NCBI RefSeq assembly: GCF_004010195.1
Contig: NC_057749.1
Location: forward strand, 17,638,146 to 17,702,145
Reading direction: 5' to 3'
DNA: 64,000 bases
From: Chiloscyllium plagiosum
Lineage: Eukaryota
Positions 1 through 11,966 of the stretch are shown piece by piece. The position numbers were made by a program, and so were the translations under genes. Under the pieces are notes generated by a model, which saw nothing but the letters and a program-made list of their open reading frames with translations, was not told where the DNA came from and did no database searches. The first letter of the stretch is position 1, and each line of letters starts with the position of its first letter.

Positions 1-34
<34 letters not shown>

Positions 35-171
35 GCACACACACACACACAGGCAAACACACAGGCATGGTCTCACTCTCTCTCTCTCAATGTCTCACAC
101 ACACAGAGAGGCATTGTCTTACTCTCTCCCTCTCTCTCTCTCCCTCCCTCTCCCTCACACACTCTCACACA

Positions 172-202
<31 letters not shown>

Positions 203-230
203 GCATACACTCACACACACACACACAGAC
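1..230. repeat. (TC)n/(CA)n compound microsatellite
   Basis: Dinucleotide runs are directly visible. Confidence 0.95.
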
Positions 231-283
231 ACTTCTTTTTTAAAAGCTGCAACATCTTCTTCCACTTGGTTCAAAGCAGTATC

Positions 284-763
284 TTTTCCCATTTTGGGTG
301 CACAGTCCGAAAGATGGAAGTGCTGTTTACACCAGAGTCCTATTTTTTCCCCAAAATTCTCCAAATGTTCACTTAACAAAAATCCACCAAAGTCAGCCTT
401 GTAATTAATGGGTGTTGATCAGTTGCTGTTTGTGGAAGAACAGCTTGACCACCATAACTAAAGCTGTCAGAATCACATACAGCTTGGTTAGATTTCCATT
501 TCCAAACAGAATCAATAACGATAACATCCACTGTAAGTCTCCTGGTAGGTTTTCCCATTTTGGGTGCACAGTCCAAATGTTCACTTAACAAAAATCCACC
601 AAAGTCAACCTTGTAATTAATGGGTGTTGATCAGTTGCTGTTTGTGGAAGAACACCTTGACCACCATAACTAAAGCTGTCAGAATCACATACAGCTTGGT
701 TAGATTTCCATTTCCAAACAGAATCAATAACGATAACATCCACAGTAAGTCTCCTGGTAGGTT
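284..763 (+). repeat. Tandem duplication (284-552 copied at 550-763, second copy lacking 309-362)
   Basis: Near-identical blocks at 360-552 and 572-763. The junction 550-574 equals 284-308. Confidence 0.9.
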
Positions 764-935
764 TAGCCTGGTGGCTGAGCTTACGGTCATTATTCTTGGC
801 ACCTGCCAAAGTCTAGCAAAGCCTAATATTTACGAGATTAAGGAATGATTTTTCTGGTGATTAGATGGAACAAAGAGGGTTGGCAGACAGAAGTTACTTC
901 CTCTAAATGGGGAATCCAAGATTAGGGAGCATAGT

Positions 936-1222
936 GATTAGATTAGATCCCCTACAGTGTGGAAACAGGTCCTTCGGCCAACCAGTCCACACTGACCCTC
1001 CGAAGAGTAACCCATCCAGACCCATATCCCTCCAGCTAATGCACCTAACACTATGGGCAATTTTAGCATGGCCAACTCACCTGACCCACACATCTTTGGA
1101 TTGTGGGAGGAAACCCACGCAGACACAGGGCGAATGTGCAAACTCCACACAGACAGTCACCCGAGGCTGGAATCCAACCTGGGTCCCTGGTTGTGAGGCA
1201 GCAGTGCTAACCACTGAGCCAA
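936..1222 (-). mobile_element. HE1-type tRNA-derived SINE (V-SINE)
   Basis: Reverse complement of ggctcagtggttagcactgctgcctcac...gtttgcacatt...cccacaatccaaagatgtg...cacactgtaggga tail. Confidence 0.85.
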
Positions 1223-1289
1223 TATGCCGCACAATCTACAGATTAGAACCAGCCATGTTTTGGGAGTGCAATTCTAGAGCACTTGAATG

Positions 1290-1589
1290 TGCAGCGGCTC
1301 AGTGGTTAGCACTGCTGCCTCACAGCACCAGGGTCCCAGGTTCGATTCTAGTTTCAGGTGACTGTCAATGTGGAGTTTGCACATTCTCCATGGGTCTGTG
1401 TGGGTTTCCTCTGGATGCTCCAGTTTCCTTCCACGGTCCAAAGTGGTGTAGGTTAAGTGGATTGGCCTTGGGAAATCACCCATAGTGTGCAAGCTTGGTG
1501 GATTGGGGGAGGGTTATGGGAATAGGGTGGGATGCTTTTGGGGAGTCAATGGGCCAAATGATCTCCATCTGCAATGTAGGGATTCTCTA
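1290..1589 (+). mobile_element. HE1-type SINE
   Basis: A box ggctcagtggtt, B box ggttcgattc, V-domain tggagtttgcacattctcc. Confidence 0.85.
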
Positions 1590-2277
1590 AAGCAATGGTG
1601 GACCTTTGAAGCTGTATTCGCAAACAGCAATTGATATTATATCAATTGTTAATTATATGTATGACTTTGGTAGATTTTTGTTAATCAAAGATATTTAGGG
1701 GGAAAAAATTGAGTCTATGGTGTAAACGGCACTTCCATCTTTCAGACTGTGAACCCAAAATGGGAAAAGATACTGCTTTGAACCAAGTGGAAAAAGATGT
1801 TGCATTTTTTTTTAAAATGAGTGTGTGGGTGTTGTATCTACAAAGTTGCCTTATTCAAACACTGGGTGAGAGTGCAAGGCATCTCAGTTCCATGGGTGGG
1901 TGTGTGTTTCCAGGGATGTTTTACCCAGTGACAAACTTTTGATTGGTTTACCAACCAGGATCAGCAGTGAGTTCAGGAGTACTCACCATGGTAACCACTT
2001 CTTGATTGGTTCCTGAGTGTATGTTTGAGCGAGGAGGGAGGTCTGTTCTGTTCCTACTATCTGACAGTACGAGGTCAAGCAGACACTGATTTAAGGAGTT
2101 CAGCAAGAGATCTGGGTGGAATTTCGAGAAAGATTTTTTTGACACAGTGTGGTTAAGATCTGGAACACACTGACCGTGCAGGTGTTGGGAGAAGAGAAAA
2201 TGTCTGAGGAAGTTAGCTAGGCCCCTGAAGAAAATCACAAGGCTACTAGGATCAAGCAACAGCATTGTTGTGGTGTC

Positions 2278-3606
2278 TCCCTGTATATGGTTAAGGCCTC
2301 CCTGTACATGGATGATGTCGCCGTTTTCTGCTCGGATCCGCTGTCCGTGCGCAGACTCATGTGCATATGTGACCAGTTCAAACGGGCCTCGGAGGCCATG
2401 CTCTTCGGGAACTGGGCCGACCGATCCTCCATACCCTTCACCATCAGGACCGACCACCTGAAGGTGCTGGGTATTTGGTTCGGGGGGGGCTGGGGCGTGC
2501 GCCAAGTCTTGGGAGGAGCGTATCAGCAAAGTGAGGCAGAAACTGGGCAGATGGAAGCTACGGTCGCTCTCCATCGCGGGAAAAAACCTGGTAATCAGGT
2601 GTGAGGCCTTGTCATTGCTATTATACGTGGCACAGGTCTGGCCTATTCCCAGAACCTGTGCCGCTGCAGTCACCCGGGCCATCTTCCAGTTTATATGGAG
2701 GTCAAAGGTGGACCGGGTCCGAAGGGACTCAATGTATAAAGATCTGGGCAANNNNNNNNNNNNNNNNNNNNNNNNNNNNNNNNNNNNNNNNNNNNNNNNN
2801 NNNNNNNNNNNNNNNNNNNNNNNNNNNNNNNNNNNNNNNNNNNNNNNNNNNNNNNNNNNNNNNNNNNNNNNNNNNNNNNNNNNNNNNNNNNNNNNNNNNN
2901 NNNNNNNNNNNNNNNNNNNNNNNNNNNNNNNNNNNNNNNNNNNNNNNNNNNNNNNNNNNNNNNNNNNNNNNNNNNNNNNNNNNNNNNNNNNNNNNNNNNN
3001 NNNNNNNNNNNNNNNNNNNNNNNNNNNNNNNNNNNNNNNNNNNNNNNNNNNNNNNNNNNNNNNNNNNNNNNNNNNNNNNNNNNNNNNNNNNNNNNNNNNN
3101 NNNNNNNNNNNNNNNNNNNNNNNNNNNNNNNNNNNNNNNNNNNNNNNNNNNNNNNNNNNNNNNNNNNNNNNNNNNNNNNNNNNNNNNNNNNNNNNNNNNN
3201 NNNNNNNNNNNNNNNNNNNNNNNNNNNNNNNNNNNNNNNNNNNNNNNNNNNNNNNNNNNNNNNNNNNNNNNNNNNNNNNNNNNNNNNNNNNNNNNNNNNN
3301 NNNNNNNNNNNNNNNNNNNNNNNNNNNNNNNNNNNNNNNNNNNNNNNNNNNNNNNNNNNNNNNNNNNNNNNNNNNNNNNNNNNNNNNNNNNNNNNNNNNN
3401 NNNNNNNNNNNNNNNNNNNNNNNNNNNNNNNNNNNNNNNNNNNNNNNNNNNNNNNNNNNNNNNNNTAATCGCACAGACCTGTAAATAGGAATGATTACTC
3501 TGTTTCGGTATGCAAACAAATGGAATGTTTACATATGTATGACATGTCCAGTTGTACAGATCATCAAAGTATTTTATGAATAAAGTATATTTTTGAAATA
3601 AAAAAA
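2278..3606 (+). mobile_element. 5'-truncated L1/Tx1-clade LINE (RT C-terminal part, gap, 3' UTR, poly-A) with 17-bp TSD
   Basis: Frameshifted peptides VKASLYMDDVAVF (YxDD), KVLGIWFG and RQKLGRWKLRSLSIAGKNLVIRCEALSLLLY...IFQFIW. AATAAA plus an A-tail ends at about 3607. agcattgttgtggtgtc is duplicated at 2261-2277 and 3607-3623. Confidence 0.85.
2752..3465. other. Assembly gap (N)
   Basis: Run of N. Confidence 1.
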
Positions 3607-3760
3607 AGCATTGTTGTGGTGTCCCTACCTCTGGGTCAGGTAGACCTGGGTTCAAGTCCTAGTTACACCAGAGGTGTATAAGAACACCTGTAAACTGATT
3701 GATTTGGGAAAATATCTCATGGAATCATGCAAGGAAAGAACTAGGACTGACTGGATTGCT

Positions 3761-3974
3761 AGGAGAAAGCAAGGACTGCAGATGCTGGAGATCAGAGCTG
3801 AAAAATGTGGTGCTGGAAAAGCGAGACAGGTCAGGCAGCATCCAAGGAGCAGGAGAATTGACGTTTCGGGCATAAGCCATTCCTGAAGAATGGCTCATGC
3901 CCAAAATGTCGATTCTCCTGCTCCTTGGATGCTGCCTGACCTGCTGCGCTTTTCCAGCAACACACTTTTCAGCT
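3761..3974. mobile_element. Penelope-like pseudo-LTR palindrome with 14-bp TSD
   Basis: cagagctgaaaaatgtggtgctggaaaagcg...gacgtttcgggcat is followed by its reverse complement. ctgactggattgct lies at 3747-3760 and 3975-3988. Confidence 0.8.
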
Positions 3975-4966
3975 CTGACTGGATTGCTGTACAGAGAGGC
4001 TGGCATAAATTTGATGGACTGAATGGGCTTCTCAAAATGGGCCAGAGTTAGCTCGATTCTGAGCAGTGGAGTGTTAAATGTAAATACTGATGGAATACTG
4101 TTGGAATCTTGCTGACCCATATGTTCTGGGATTCCCTTACTCCCGTGGATACTCGGTGCCAATCCTCTCAATACTCACTGCCTGGGCCACAAACTGGAGG
4201 TTTCTCCACACCGTTGTGGACAAGGTGACACCGCCAACCAAAGGCAGCACAGTTTAAACAGACCAGCAGTAGCTAGCTCACAGCATTCCCTGAAAAAGCT
4301 GTTAGATCTTCAGCAGTTATTTCAGATCTCAGCACATGCAGGAGGATGGAAGATTTAAACCTTGATGCTTCTGGGAGCTGGGAGTAGTTCCCTTCTTATG
4401 TTACTCTCCTATGATAATTAAATAAAAAGCAAAGACACAAAAGAAATCCGAATTTTTATGAGATGTTCGGGGCCTAGCAGCTTTATTCTTGTTTTGTAAT
4501 TCCTGATTGAAGAGATCACTGAGAGGCCCAAGGCTTTTCTCAATAGTGTCTGTCACTGTACACATCCTCACACAAAATTCCTCCACATTTCATCTGTGCT
4601 GTGTAATCAGGCTACTAACAGAATGATTAAATCAAACAATTCTATCAGCTGCTTGATTTGGAAGTTTGGTTTTTTTGTGAATTTATGACTGTTCTCCGAC
4701 TTGTCTGCCGAGTGCAAGAAGACTGCAATTCTACAGGTGAATTTTTTTTTAAGATTTATAGAAACATATAAAGCAGAGGAAGACCCTCAGCCTCTCCCGC
4801 CTGTGCTGCAGCAGCAATAAGTTACTCATTTTTACAAATAAATTCCAAATCTCTTTTTAAAAAAAACTGCTTTGAATCTTTTGAGCCCAACAACTTTCAG
4901 TGAAAACAATTTGATTCTCTCCTCTCGAACCTCCCCTATTTATTGTAGATCTACACCCTCTTGGGA

Positions 4967-5238
4967 AGCACAGTGGCTCAGTGGTTAGCACTGCTGCCTC
5001 ATAGCACCAGGGACCTGGGTTCGATTCTATCCTCGGGGTTGACTGTGTGGGCTCTCTCCAGGTATTCCAGTTTCTTCCCACAATCTGTACCTGTGCAGGC
5101 CAGGTGGATGAGCCATGGGAAATGCAGGGTTACGTGCAGAGGGTAGGGGCGTGGGCCTGGGTGGGATGGTCTTCTGAGGACTGGATTGAATTTGATAGGC
5201 CAAATGGCCTGCTTCGCTCTGTAGATATTCTATGATTC
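4967..5238 (+). mobile_element. HE1-type SINE
   Basis: gcacagtggctcagtggttagcactgctgcctc...gggttcgattc head and CR1-like tail. Confidence 0.8.
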
Positions 5239-5244
5239 ATCACC

Positions 5245-5780
5245 TTCCAGGAAAAAGTTGTCTCTTCTCTATCTTTCCTATCAAACCCTTGATTAGATTG
5301 ATAATCTCCTCAGTTTCCCTGTTCTGAATAGTCTAGTCTCAATTCTTCCAGCCTCTCCTCATACTTGTAGTCCCTCACTGCTGGTAACATCCTGACAAAC
5401 ATTTCTGTCAAAGGACATTACATCATCCCCTGAAGTATTGTTCATATAGCATTGCCCATAACATCCGGGTTGAGGTGTAACCAGTGGTTTATAATCTTCT
5501 AGAACAGTCTCTTTTCTTTTATGTTCTGACCCTCTAATATTAAAACCAAATAATATGTTTAAAAATACCTTAAATTGTGATGCCAGCTTTAAGAAACCAC
5601 GTGAATGGACTCTGCTCATTGACACTTTTCAAAATGGGACCATTTAATACTCTGCCCTATATTAGACCCAGCAACCAATATCACTTCACAGTCCTTCACC
5701 ATGGCTCTGCCCATTTCACCATCCTGTCTACGGCATTCTGAAGCCTAGAACTACATTCACCATGATGCCAACTTATGTAT
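5245..5780 (-). mobile_element. Old CR1 LINE remnant
   Basis: Minus-strand peptides LQNAVDRMVKWA and RGSEHKRKETVLEDYKPLVTPQ resemble CR1 ORF2. Confidence 0.55.
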
Positions 5781-6436
5781 ATTCTGCGAATGTTATAATA
5801 TGCCCTTGTCGAGGTTGTGTTGCAGTGAAGAGTATTATTCGTGTTTGGTTCATGGATGTTGCAACTGCTCAGTTCCACTGGGGGCCAGTCAGTTTTCGGA
5901 AGTTCTACAGATATCAGTCCACTCAGGGGCTGAGAACATGTCTGTGTGTGCACTGTTTCACTAGCAGCATTATTAGGAGTGGTGCTCGTGTATTGGCAAC
6001 TTTGCTGGGATAGTAATCCAAAACCTCCAAGCTGTTGTTCAGAAAGCGTGAGTTTGAATCCCCTCCAGGGTATGTCCCCAGCTTGTGGACTGTGCTCGGC
6101 TGCATCCCTGGGCTCTTCATCGCTGTCATAGCAACCAACCACTCTGAGCGTACCTCTTTGTCCCCTCAGGCAGAGATGCCAGGCTGATATTATCGCTGTG
6201 TGACCATGCAATTTAGTACAGACCCAAAGTCAACAATGGTTGCCATGGAAACTGAGAAAATAGCAGCTGAAGTAGGCCATTTGAGTGTGCTCTGCTATTT
6301 GTTATGATTATCCAACTCACTATCCTGTCCCTACATTTCTCCCATTTGGTTTCTTTACCTCAAGTGCTTTATCCAACTCCTTTTTGAAATCATTTAATGT
6401 TTTGGTCTTGACTGCTCTCGGTGGTAGAGAGTTCCA

Positions 6437-6572
6437 CAGGTGAATTGACCATGCTAAATTGCCCATAGTGTTAGGTGCAATAGTCAGATTTTAAACATAG
6501 GTTGGGGGAATGGGTCCGGGTGGGTTACTTTTCGGAGGGTCAGTGTGGGCTTGTTGGGCCAAATGGCCTGTA
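6437..6572 (+). mobile_element. HE1-type SINE 3' fragment
   Basis: caggtgaattgaccatgctaaattgcccatagtgttagg...ttgggccaaatggcctg, as in the other copies. Confidence 0.7.
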
Positions 6573-7374
6573 ACAGGAGAAAAACATTCTCCTTGTCTCT
6601 GTCTTATTTGGGAGTGCTCTCTAGCTCTGGTCTCTCACATTTGAGAATACACGCTCTTGTTACCCAGTCTATCGTGTCCTCTCAACCTTCCCCTGTCCCC
6701 AGCATTGCTGACCTGTCTGTGGAACTGAAGCTCATTGGCAGCAAGGCAAAATGATGGCTCTACTGCTCCAAACACAGACAGATGTAACGGATCTGTGATG
6801 TGGAAATCATAGTGAAAGCTGGGTCACAATCCTGGAACACCCTCTCGAACTGCATTTCGGGTCTAACCGACAGCAAGTAGACTGCAGTGGATCAAGAAGG
6901 CAGTAGTGCTTGCTCTGTTCTATTACCCTGTTGCCCTTTGTATGTTACTGCACACAAAACAAAACTTTTCACTGTACCTCGGCAATTGTGACAATCATAA
7001 ATCAAATCACAAGAAAGCCAGATGTACTCCTGAGGGTTTAAACGATTCCGTACTTTGTGGCTCTTTGTAATTTAGAAGCTTGGAGAATTTGCTTAAATTA
7101 CTCAGTGCTCTACGTAATGAGCTTGTTTATGCAGTGGAAGGTATAGGTTGCAAATGAGGGTGTTTAATGAAGGTGTTGTAATTGACATGCAGGAAAACAA
7201 TGGAGAGATACACAGCTGCAGCTGTCGGCTTATGGGGAAGGTGTAAGGAGAGAGTCATTGCCAGGAGGAGAGACACGACGGTTTTGCAAATGATTCTGTA
7301 AATATCCTTTCAGATCACTGCACAGGTCCTGTCATTTTATAACATTCTGCTCGCATGACTTTAATTTCGGGAAA

Positions 7375-7702
7375 ATGGTTCTGTGGTGGTGGTGTCTCCA
7401 GAGCGACAGGCTGATTTTCAGGGGACACAGATTCAAATTCACCTCAGTATTGGTGGAATTATAAATTCACTTTATCAGTCTGGAATTGAAAACTAGAATT
7501 GGTCACTATTAAGCTGTTAGCCCCATTGTGGAAGGAAATCTGCCATTCTCATCTGGTCTGGCTTCCACGTGACTCCAGGCCTACAGCAATGGAGCTGACT
7601 CTTAATGACCCTCAGAAATGACCCAGCAAGCCACTCAGTTCTAGGGCAATTGGGGTTAGGCTGTCCCTGCCAGAGGCACGTGTATCCCATGAGCGAATAA
7701 AA
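7375..7702 (+). mobile_element. Second tRNA-derived SINE family (related copies about 7920-8510, 30935-31520, 48470-48820, 59815-60120)
   Basis: Shared core ggaaggaaatctgcc...tggtctggc...gtgactccag...gactcttaa...gggcaatt recurs in five places. Confidence 0.65.
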
Positions 7703-7717
7703 ATGCCCAGAAGCTTT

Positions 7718-8855
7718 TTTTAATCACTCATGGGGCATGGGTACCGCTGGCTGGACCAGTATTTATTTCCTGTCCCTAGTTGCCCCCTTGAGAAGGTGGG
7801 GGTGAGCTGCCTTCTTGAACCGCTGCAGTCCATGTGCTGTGGGTTGACCCACAGTGCTCTTAGGGAGGGAATTCCAGGATTGTGACCCAGCCACACTGAA
7901 TGACCAGTGAGCTATTTCCAATGGCCTAGTGGTATTATTATTCAACTAGCAATCTAGAGAGCGTAATGTTTGGGGCATCTGGGTTCAAATCCTGCAATGG
8001 TGGAATTTGAATTAAATTCTGGAATTAAGAGTCGAATAATGGCCATGAATTTGTTTTTTTTTTCTCTTCTTGTTATTACCCCCACACTACCATCTAACTG
8101 CAGTAGTGCTTATTTTTCCCCCAGCACCCATGTTGTGTGAGTGCAGGTGTGAGACACAGTGAAAGACACAAGGTGTAAAAATCTTTATTCAATTCCCACC
8201 ACCAGGAAGAGAAGAAACACCCGAGTGGCCAGTGACAAGCACTGCCCTTCACACCAAAGGGCAATGCTGTGTGATCAAACAGTGAAGGGGAGGGTAGGGA
8301 TTAAATCAAAATAGAATTGGAGGGGGAAGCCATGAAATTATTATCTGAAAACCCCATCTGGTTCACTGATGCTCTTTAGGGAAGGAAACTGTCATCCTTA
8401 CCTGGTCTGACTTATGTGTGACTCCAGACGACCAGCAATTGCTCTCTGTGCAATTAGGGATGGGCAATAAATGCTGGCCCAGCCAGTGATGCCCACATCC
8501 CAGGAATGAGTATGGGAAAGAGGTCAGGATGGTGAGTGGCTTGGAGGGTAACTCACAGAGGGTGGTGCTCCCATGTATTTGCTGCCCTTGTCTTTCTCAA
8601 TGGAATAGGTTGTAGCTTTGGATGGATCTTTGGTGAATTTCCTTAGTGCATGTTGTAGATGGTGCTACTGAGCACCAGTGATTCAGGGAGCAGATGCTTG
8701 TGAATGTGATGACAATCAAGCAGCTGCTTTGTCCTGGATGGTCTCAAGCTTCTTGAGTGTTATTGGAGCTGCCCCCATCCAGAATCACATTCCTGGCTTG
8801 TTCCTTGGAGATGGTGGACAGGCTTTGGGGAGGCAGAAGGTGAGTTACTCACCGC
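7718..8855 (-). mobile_element. CR1/L2-group LINE 3' end interrupted by a nested SINE (about 7920-8510), which itself carries an A-tailed insert (about 8050-8328)
   Basis: Minus ORF SFSVAGSQSWNSLPKSTVGQPTAHGLQRFKKAAHPHLLKG. The LINE sequence resumes at about 8520, as in the uninterrupted copy at 51515-51870. gccatgaa is duplicated around the inner insert. Confidence 0.65.
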
Positions 8856-9327
8856 AGAAGCTGGAGTGTGGGAACCTCTGAGTGTTCCGGCGTATTGCTT
8901 ACCAGTGGGTTGTGCTGGACAATGCACCAGTGTGGAGATACTGGATTAGGGAATGACAGAATACAGCATGGTTACAGTAATCCAGGATGAAATAACGATG
9001 CCAAGACTCACCGTGTGATTAGCATGTGACTAATGGTTTCCTGGGTGAGGTTATGGAGAGTTAGTGAGCTCTAGGAATAGTGTCTTCAGCATAGGGAGGG
9101 GCATCCGAAAGCAACAAAGACCTTGACATAATTTTTCAATAATCATGGATTGGTTGCCAGGTGCTGCTGGGCATTCTCATTGGTTGGCCTCCCTGTGAAG
9201 GGATACAAACGTCTGCTGTCCAATAGTTCTCTGTGTTTCAGCCAGAAGCCATTTCAAATGGGCCCTCATTCTGATGTTGTATACTTGACGTTTTCAACAA
9301 GGTTAAGCAGAGATTACTGCAGTTCAG

Positions 9328-9637
9328 GCTGCACGGTAGCTCAGTGGTTAGCACTACTGCCTCACAGCACCAGGTTCCTGGGTTCGATTCCAGCCTCGGG
9401 TGACTCTCTGTGTGGAGTTTGCACATTCTCTCTGTGTCTGTGTGGGTTTCCAGTTCCCTCCCACAGTCCAAAGATGTGCAGGTCAGGGTGAATTGGCCAT
9501 GCTAAATTGCCCATTGTGTTAGATGCATTAATAAATATAAGGTAGACGAAAGGGTCTGGGTGAGTTACTCTTCAGGGGGTCGATATAGACTTGTTGGGCT
9601 GAAGGGCCAGTTTCCACACTGTAGGGAATCTAATCTA
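9328..9637 (+). mobile_element. HE1-type SINE, near full length
   Basis: tRNA head, V-domain and tail cacactgtagggaatctaatcta. Confidence 0.88.
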
Positions 9638-9715
9638 AACAGAGGGTCAGCTTGGGTTCTGGTGGTTTTTTTCTCATAATAGCCTCGAGAGCTAGTGTAT
9701 GCACAGGACCCAGAG

Positions 9716-10393
9716 AATCTTTGAAAGTGGAGTCGCGGGTAGATAGGATAGTGAAGAAGGCGTTTGGTATGCTTTCCTTTTATTGGTCTGAGTACAGGAG
9801 TTGGGAGGTCATGTTGCAGCTGTACAGGTCATTGGTTAGGCCACTGTTGGAATATTGCATGCAATTCTGGTCTCCTTCATATCGGAAAGATGTTGTGAAA
9901 CTTGAAAGGATTCAGAAAAGATTTACAAGGATGTTGCCAGGGTTGGAGGATTTGAGCTATAGGGAGAGGTTGAACAGGCTGTGGCTGTTTTCCCTGGAGC
10001 ATCAGAGGCTGAGGGGTGACTTTGTACAGGTTTACAAAATTATGAGGAGCATGGATAGGATAAATAGGCAAAGTCTTTTCCCTGGGGTCAGAGAGTCCAG
10101 AACTAGAGGGGTTAGGTTTAGAGTGAGAGGGGAAAGATATAAAGGAGACCTAAGGGGCAACTTTTTCACGCAGAGGGTGGTACGTGTATGGAATGAGCTG
10201 CCAAAGGATGTGGTGGAGACTGGTACAATTGCAACATTTAAGAGGCATTTGGATGGGTATATGAATAGGAAGGGTTTGGAGGGATATGGGCTGGGTGCTG
10301 GCAGGTGGGACTAGATTGGGTTGGGATATCTGGTCGGCATGGACGGGTTGGACCGAAGGGTCTGTTTCCATGCTATACATCTCTATGACTCTA
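9716..10393 (+). mobile_element. CR1 LINE 3' fragment (HER1-like), ORF2 C-terminus
   Basis: LYRSLVRPLLEYCMQFWSP...LERIQKRFTRMLPGL...RLRGD...FFTQRVVRVWNELP, then a 3' UTR ending ctctatgactct. Confidence 0.92.
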
Positions 10394-11284
10394 AATGGTT
10401 GTTTTTAATTTGGGAAAACAGATGGTGCAATCATACCTATTAAACCATCTGGCAAACTAGCATGAGTAGATTGAACAACATATGCACCTAACAGCAGAAA
10501 TTCCAGCACTGAGGCAGTTGAATCCTCTTTTGTAACCTGACTTGTCTTGAGTCATGGCTGTTTGAATTGTAAATGTCAGTCAGTTTACCATCCTTTGCCA
10601 AGTTCCTGTTAGCTACTGCCACTATCCACATCCAGAGTGGGAGGCAGGAAGAATTATAAAATATCTTCACAGTGCACATACTCAGTGTGTGTCCACTCCA
10701 GTGTGAGCTCAATGCAGAAATCAGCAACAAAACATTTTCTGTCACTTAACTCTTCAAAAGTGCAGGTCAGGACTAGGTGGACATCTAACCCAATGACAGT
10801 GGCATTGCCAAGTGCTAGAGGGCACTGACCTCAGCCCCACATGTTGCAGAGTCAACTGCCCATTGAGGTTCCCAGCAACCAGAGGGTTCACCCAATACCA
10901 GCTGGAGAAAGGCACATCTCTGAAAATAAAGCACAGCAGCAGCTGAGGGAGTGTACATTAATACGTATAATTTTCATTTGTATTCATCAATTGCATGCAG
11001 TACTATTCGGCTTGACTCCTGTGCATTACAAGCGCTTGGCAAACTATGCATTTGTAATTCAATGAAACAAGAACGAGGGAATTTCTTCAAAAATTCAGAA
11101 ACAAAATCAAAATGGATAGGTTTCTGGAACATTTGTTTTATTGGCTGCACCCTGTAATGGGAAATTAGATATAAATGTACATATTTGTTTTTAATTTCAT
11201 TTACAATTACATTTTGATTTGGTATTTTTCTCCATCAAAGGTGTTGTTATTTGCTGGAGTACGGTTTTGTTATCCAGTCACTGA

Positions 11285-11460
11285 CAGCCCTGTCGTGCCC
11301 AGTTCAGAGCAGTTACTTCTGATAATGGATCGGCAGCTGCAGAGGAGGACAGTCTTATTCCCTCTGGACTGCGTCAGGAGGCCTGACCCAGATACAGATT
11401 GCAGCCTGGGTCAGTGCTCTGTCCAAGCTATAGCAAGGCAGCAAGAGAAAGTGCCACCAT
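11285..11460 (+). pseudogene. Degenerate Myb/SANT-like DNA-binding ORF of a PIF/Harbinger transposon
   Basis: LLLIMDRQLQRRTVLFPLDCVRRP, then after a frameshift IAAWVSALS, resembles the LL..V..RR..LFP.D....IA..VSA pattern. Confidence 0.5.
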
Positions 11461-11929
11461 CTGCTACCTCACCCTCACAGGGGACACCATTCAGTCTAAC
11501 TCTGCCACTACATACACTTCACATCAAAGTTCAGACTACACCTCTCATTATTGCATGTCCACTCAATGATTCTCACCCACCTCCTGCTCACCAGCACTTC
11601 CTCCTCACTCACTGGGTGGTGACTCCTCACTCTCTCTCCTGCTCCTGCATCACCGCTAGCTGCTCATCCATCCCTTGTGTCACACTCAGCGAGCCCCTCT
11701 CTTTGTCTCATTGCTAGACTAAGCCTCTTATCATCGAATCCCTACAGCATGGAAGCAGGCCATTCAGCCCATCAAGTCCGCATCGACGCTCTGGAGAATA
11801 TCCCACCCCCTACTCCATCTCTGTAACCCTGGGTTTCTCATGGCTAAGTCACTTAGCCTGCAAGCTTTTGAGGAAGCTGTGAGTTGTACAGAATGTAAGG
11901 ATGGTGACAACTCCCTGGATATTGGGCAC

Positions 11930-11966
11930 ACTCCTGAAGAAGGGCTAATGCCCGAAACGTCGATTC
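11930..11966 (+). ncRNA. Minimal type-I hammerhead ribozyme motif in PLE pseudo-LTR (element about 11930-12058)
   Basis: CTGAAGA a GGGC taat GCCC GAAAC GTC. Confidence 0.7.

Larger units (their letters stand above)
235..1817. repeat. Long inverted repeat, arms about 235-394 and 1662-1817
   Basis: tgcaacatcttcttccacttggttcaaagcagtatcttttcccattttggg...ttaacaaaaatccaccaaagtca is matched in reverse complement by tgactttggtagatttttgttaa...cccaaaatgggaaaagatactgctttgaaccaagtggaaaaagatgttgca. Confidence 0.9.

Noticed and set aside
1948..3655. Long ORFs of 295-523 aa (and those at 15799-16222 and 24955-25874)
   Set aside because: They are artefacts of translating through N gaps.
5946..6131. Membrane-protein exon (LAALLGVVLVYW...|gtgagt)
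   Set aside because: There is an in-frame stop just upstream, no ATG or convincing acceptor, and no recognisable homology.
9652..10314. 220-aa host gene
   Set aside because: It is the CR1 ORF2 C-terminus, 5'-truncated, with many paralogous fragments in the window.
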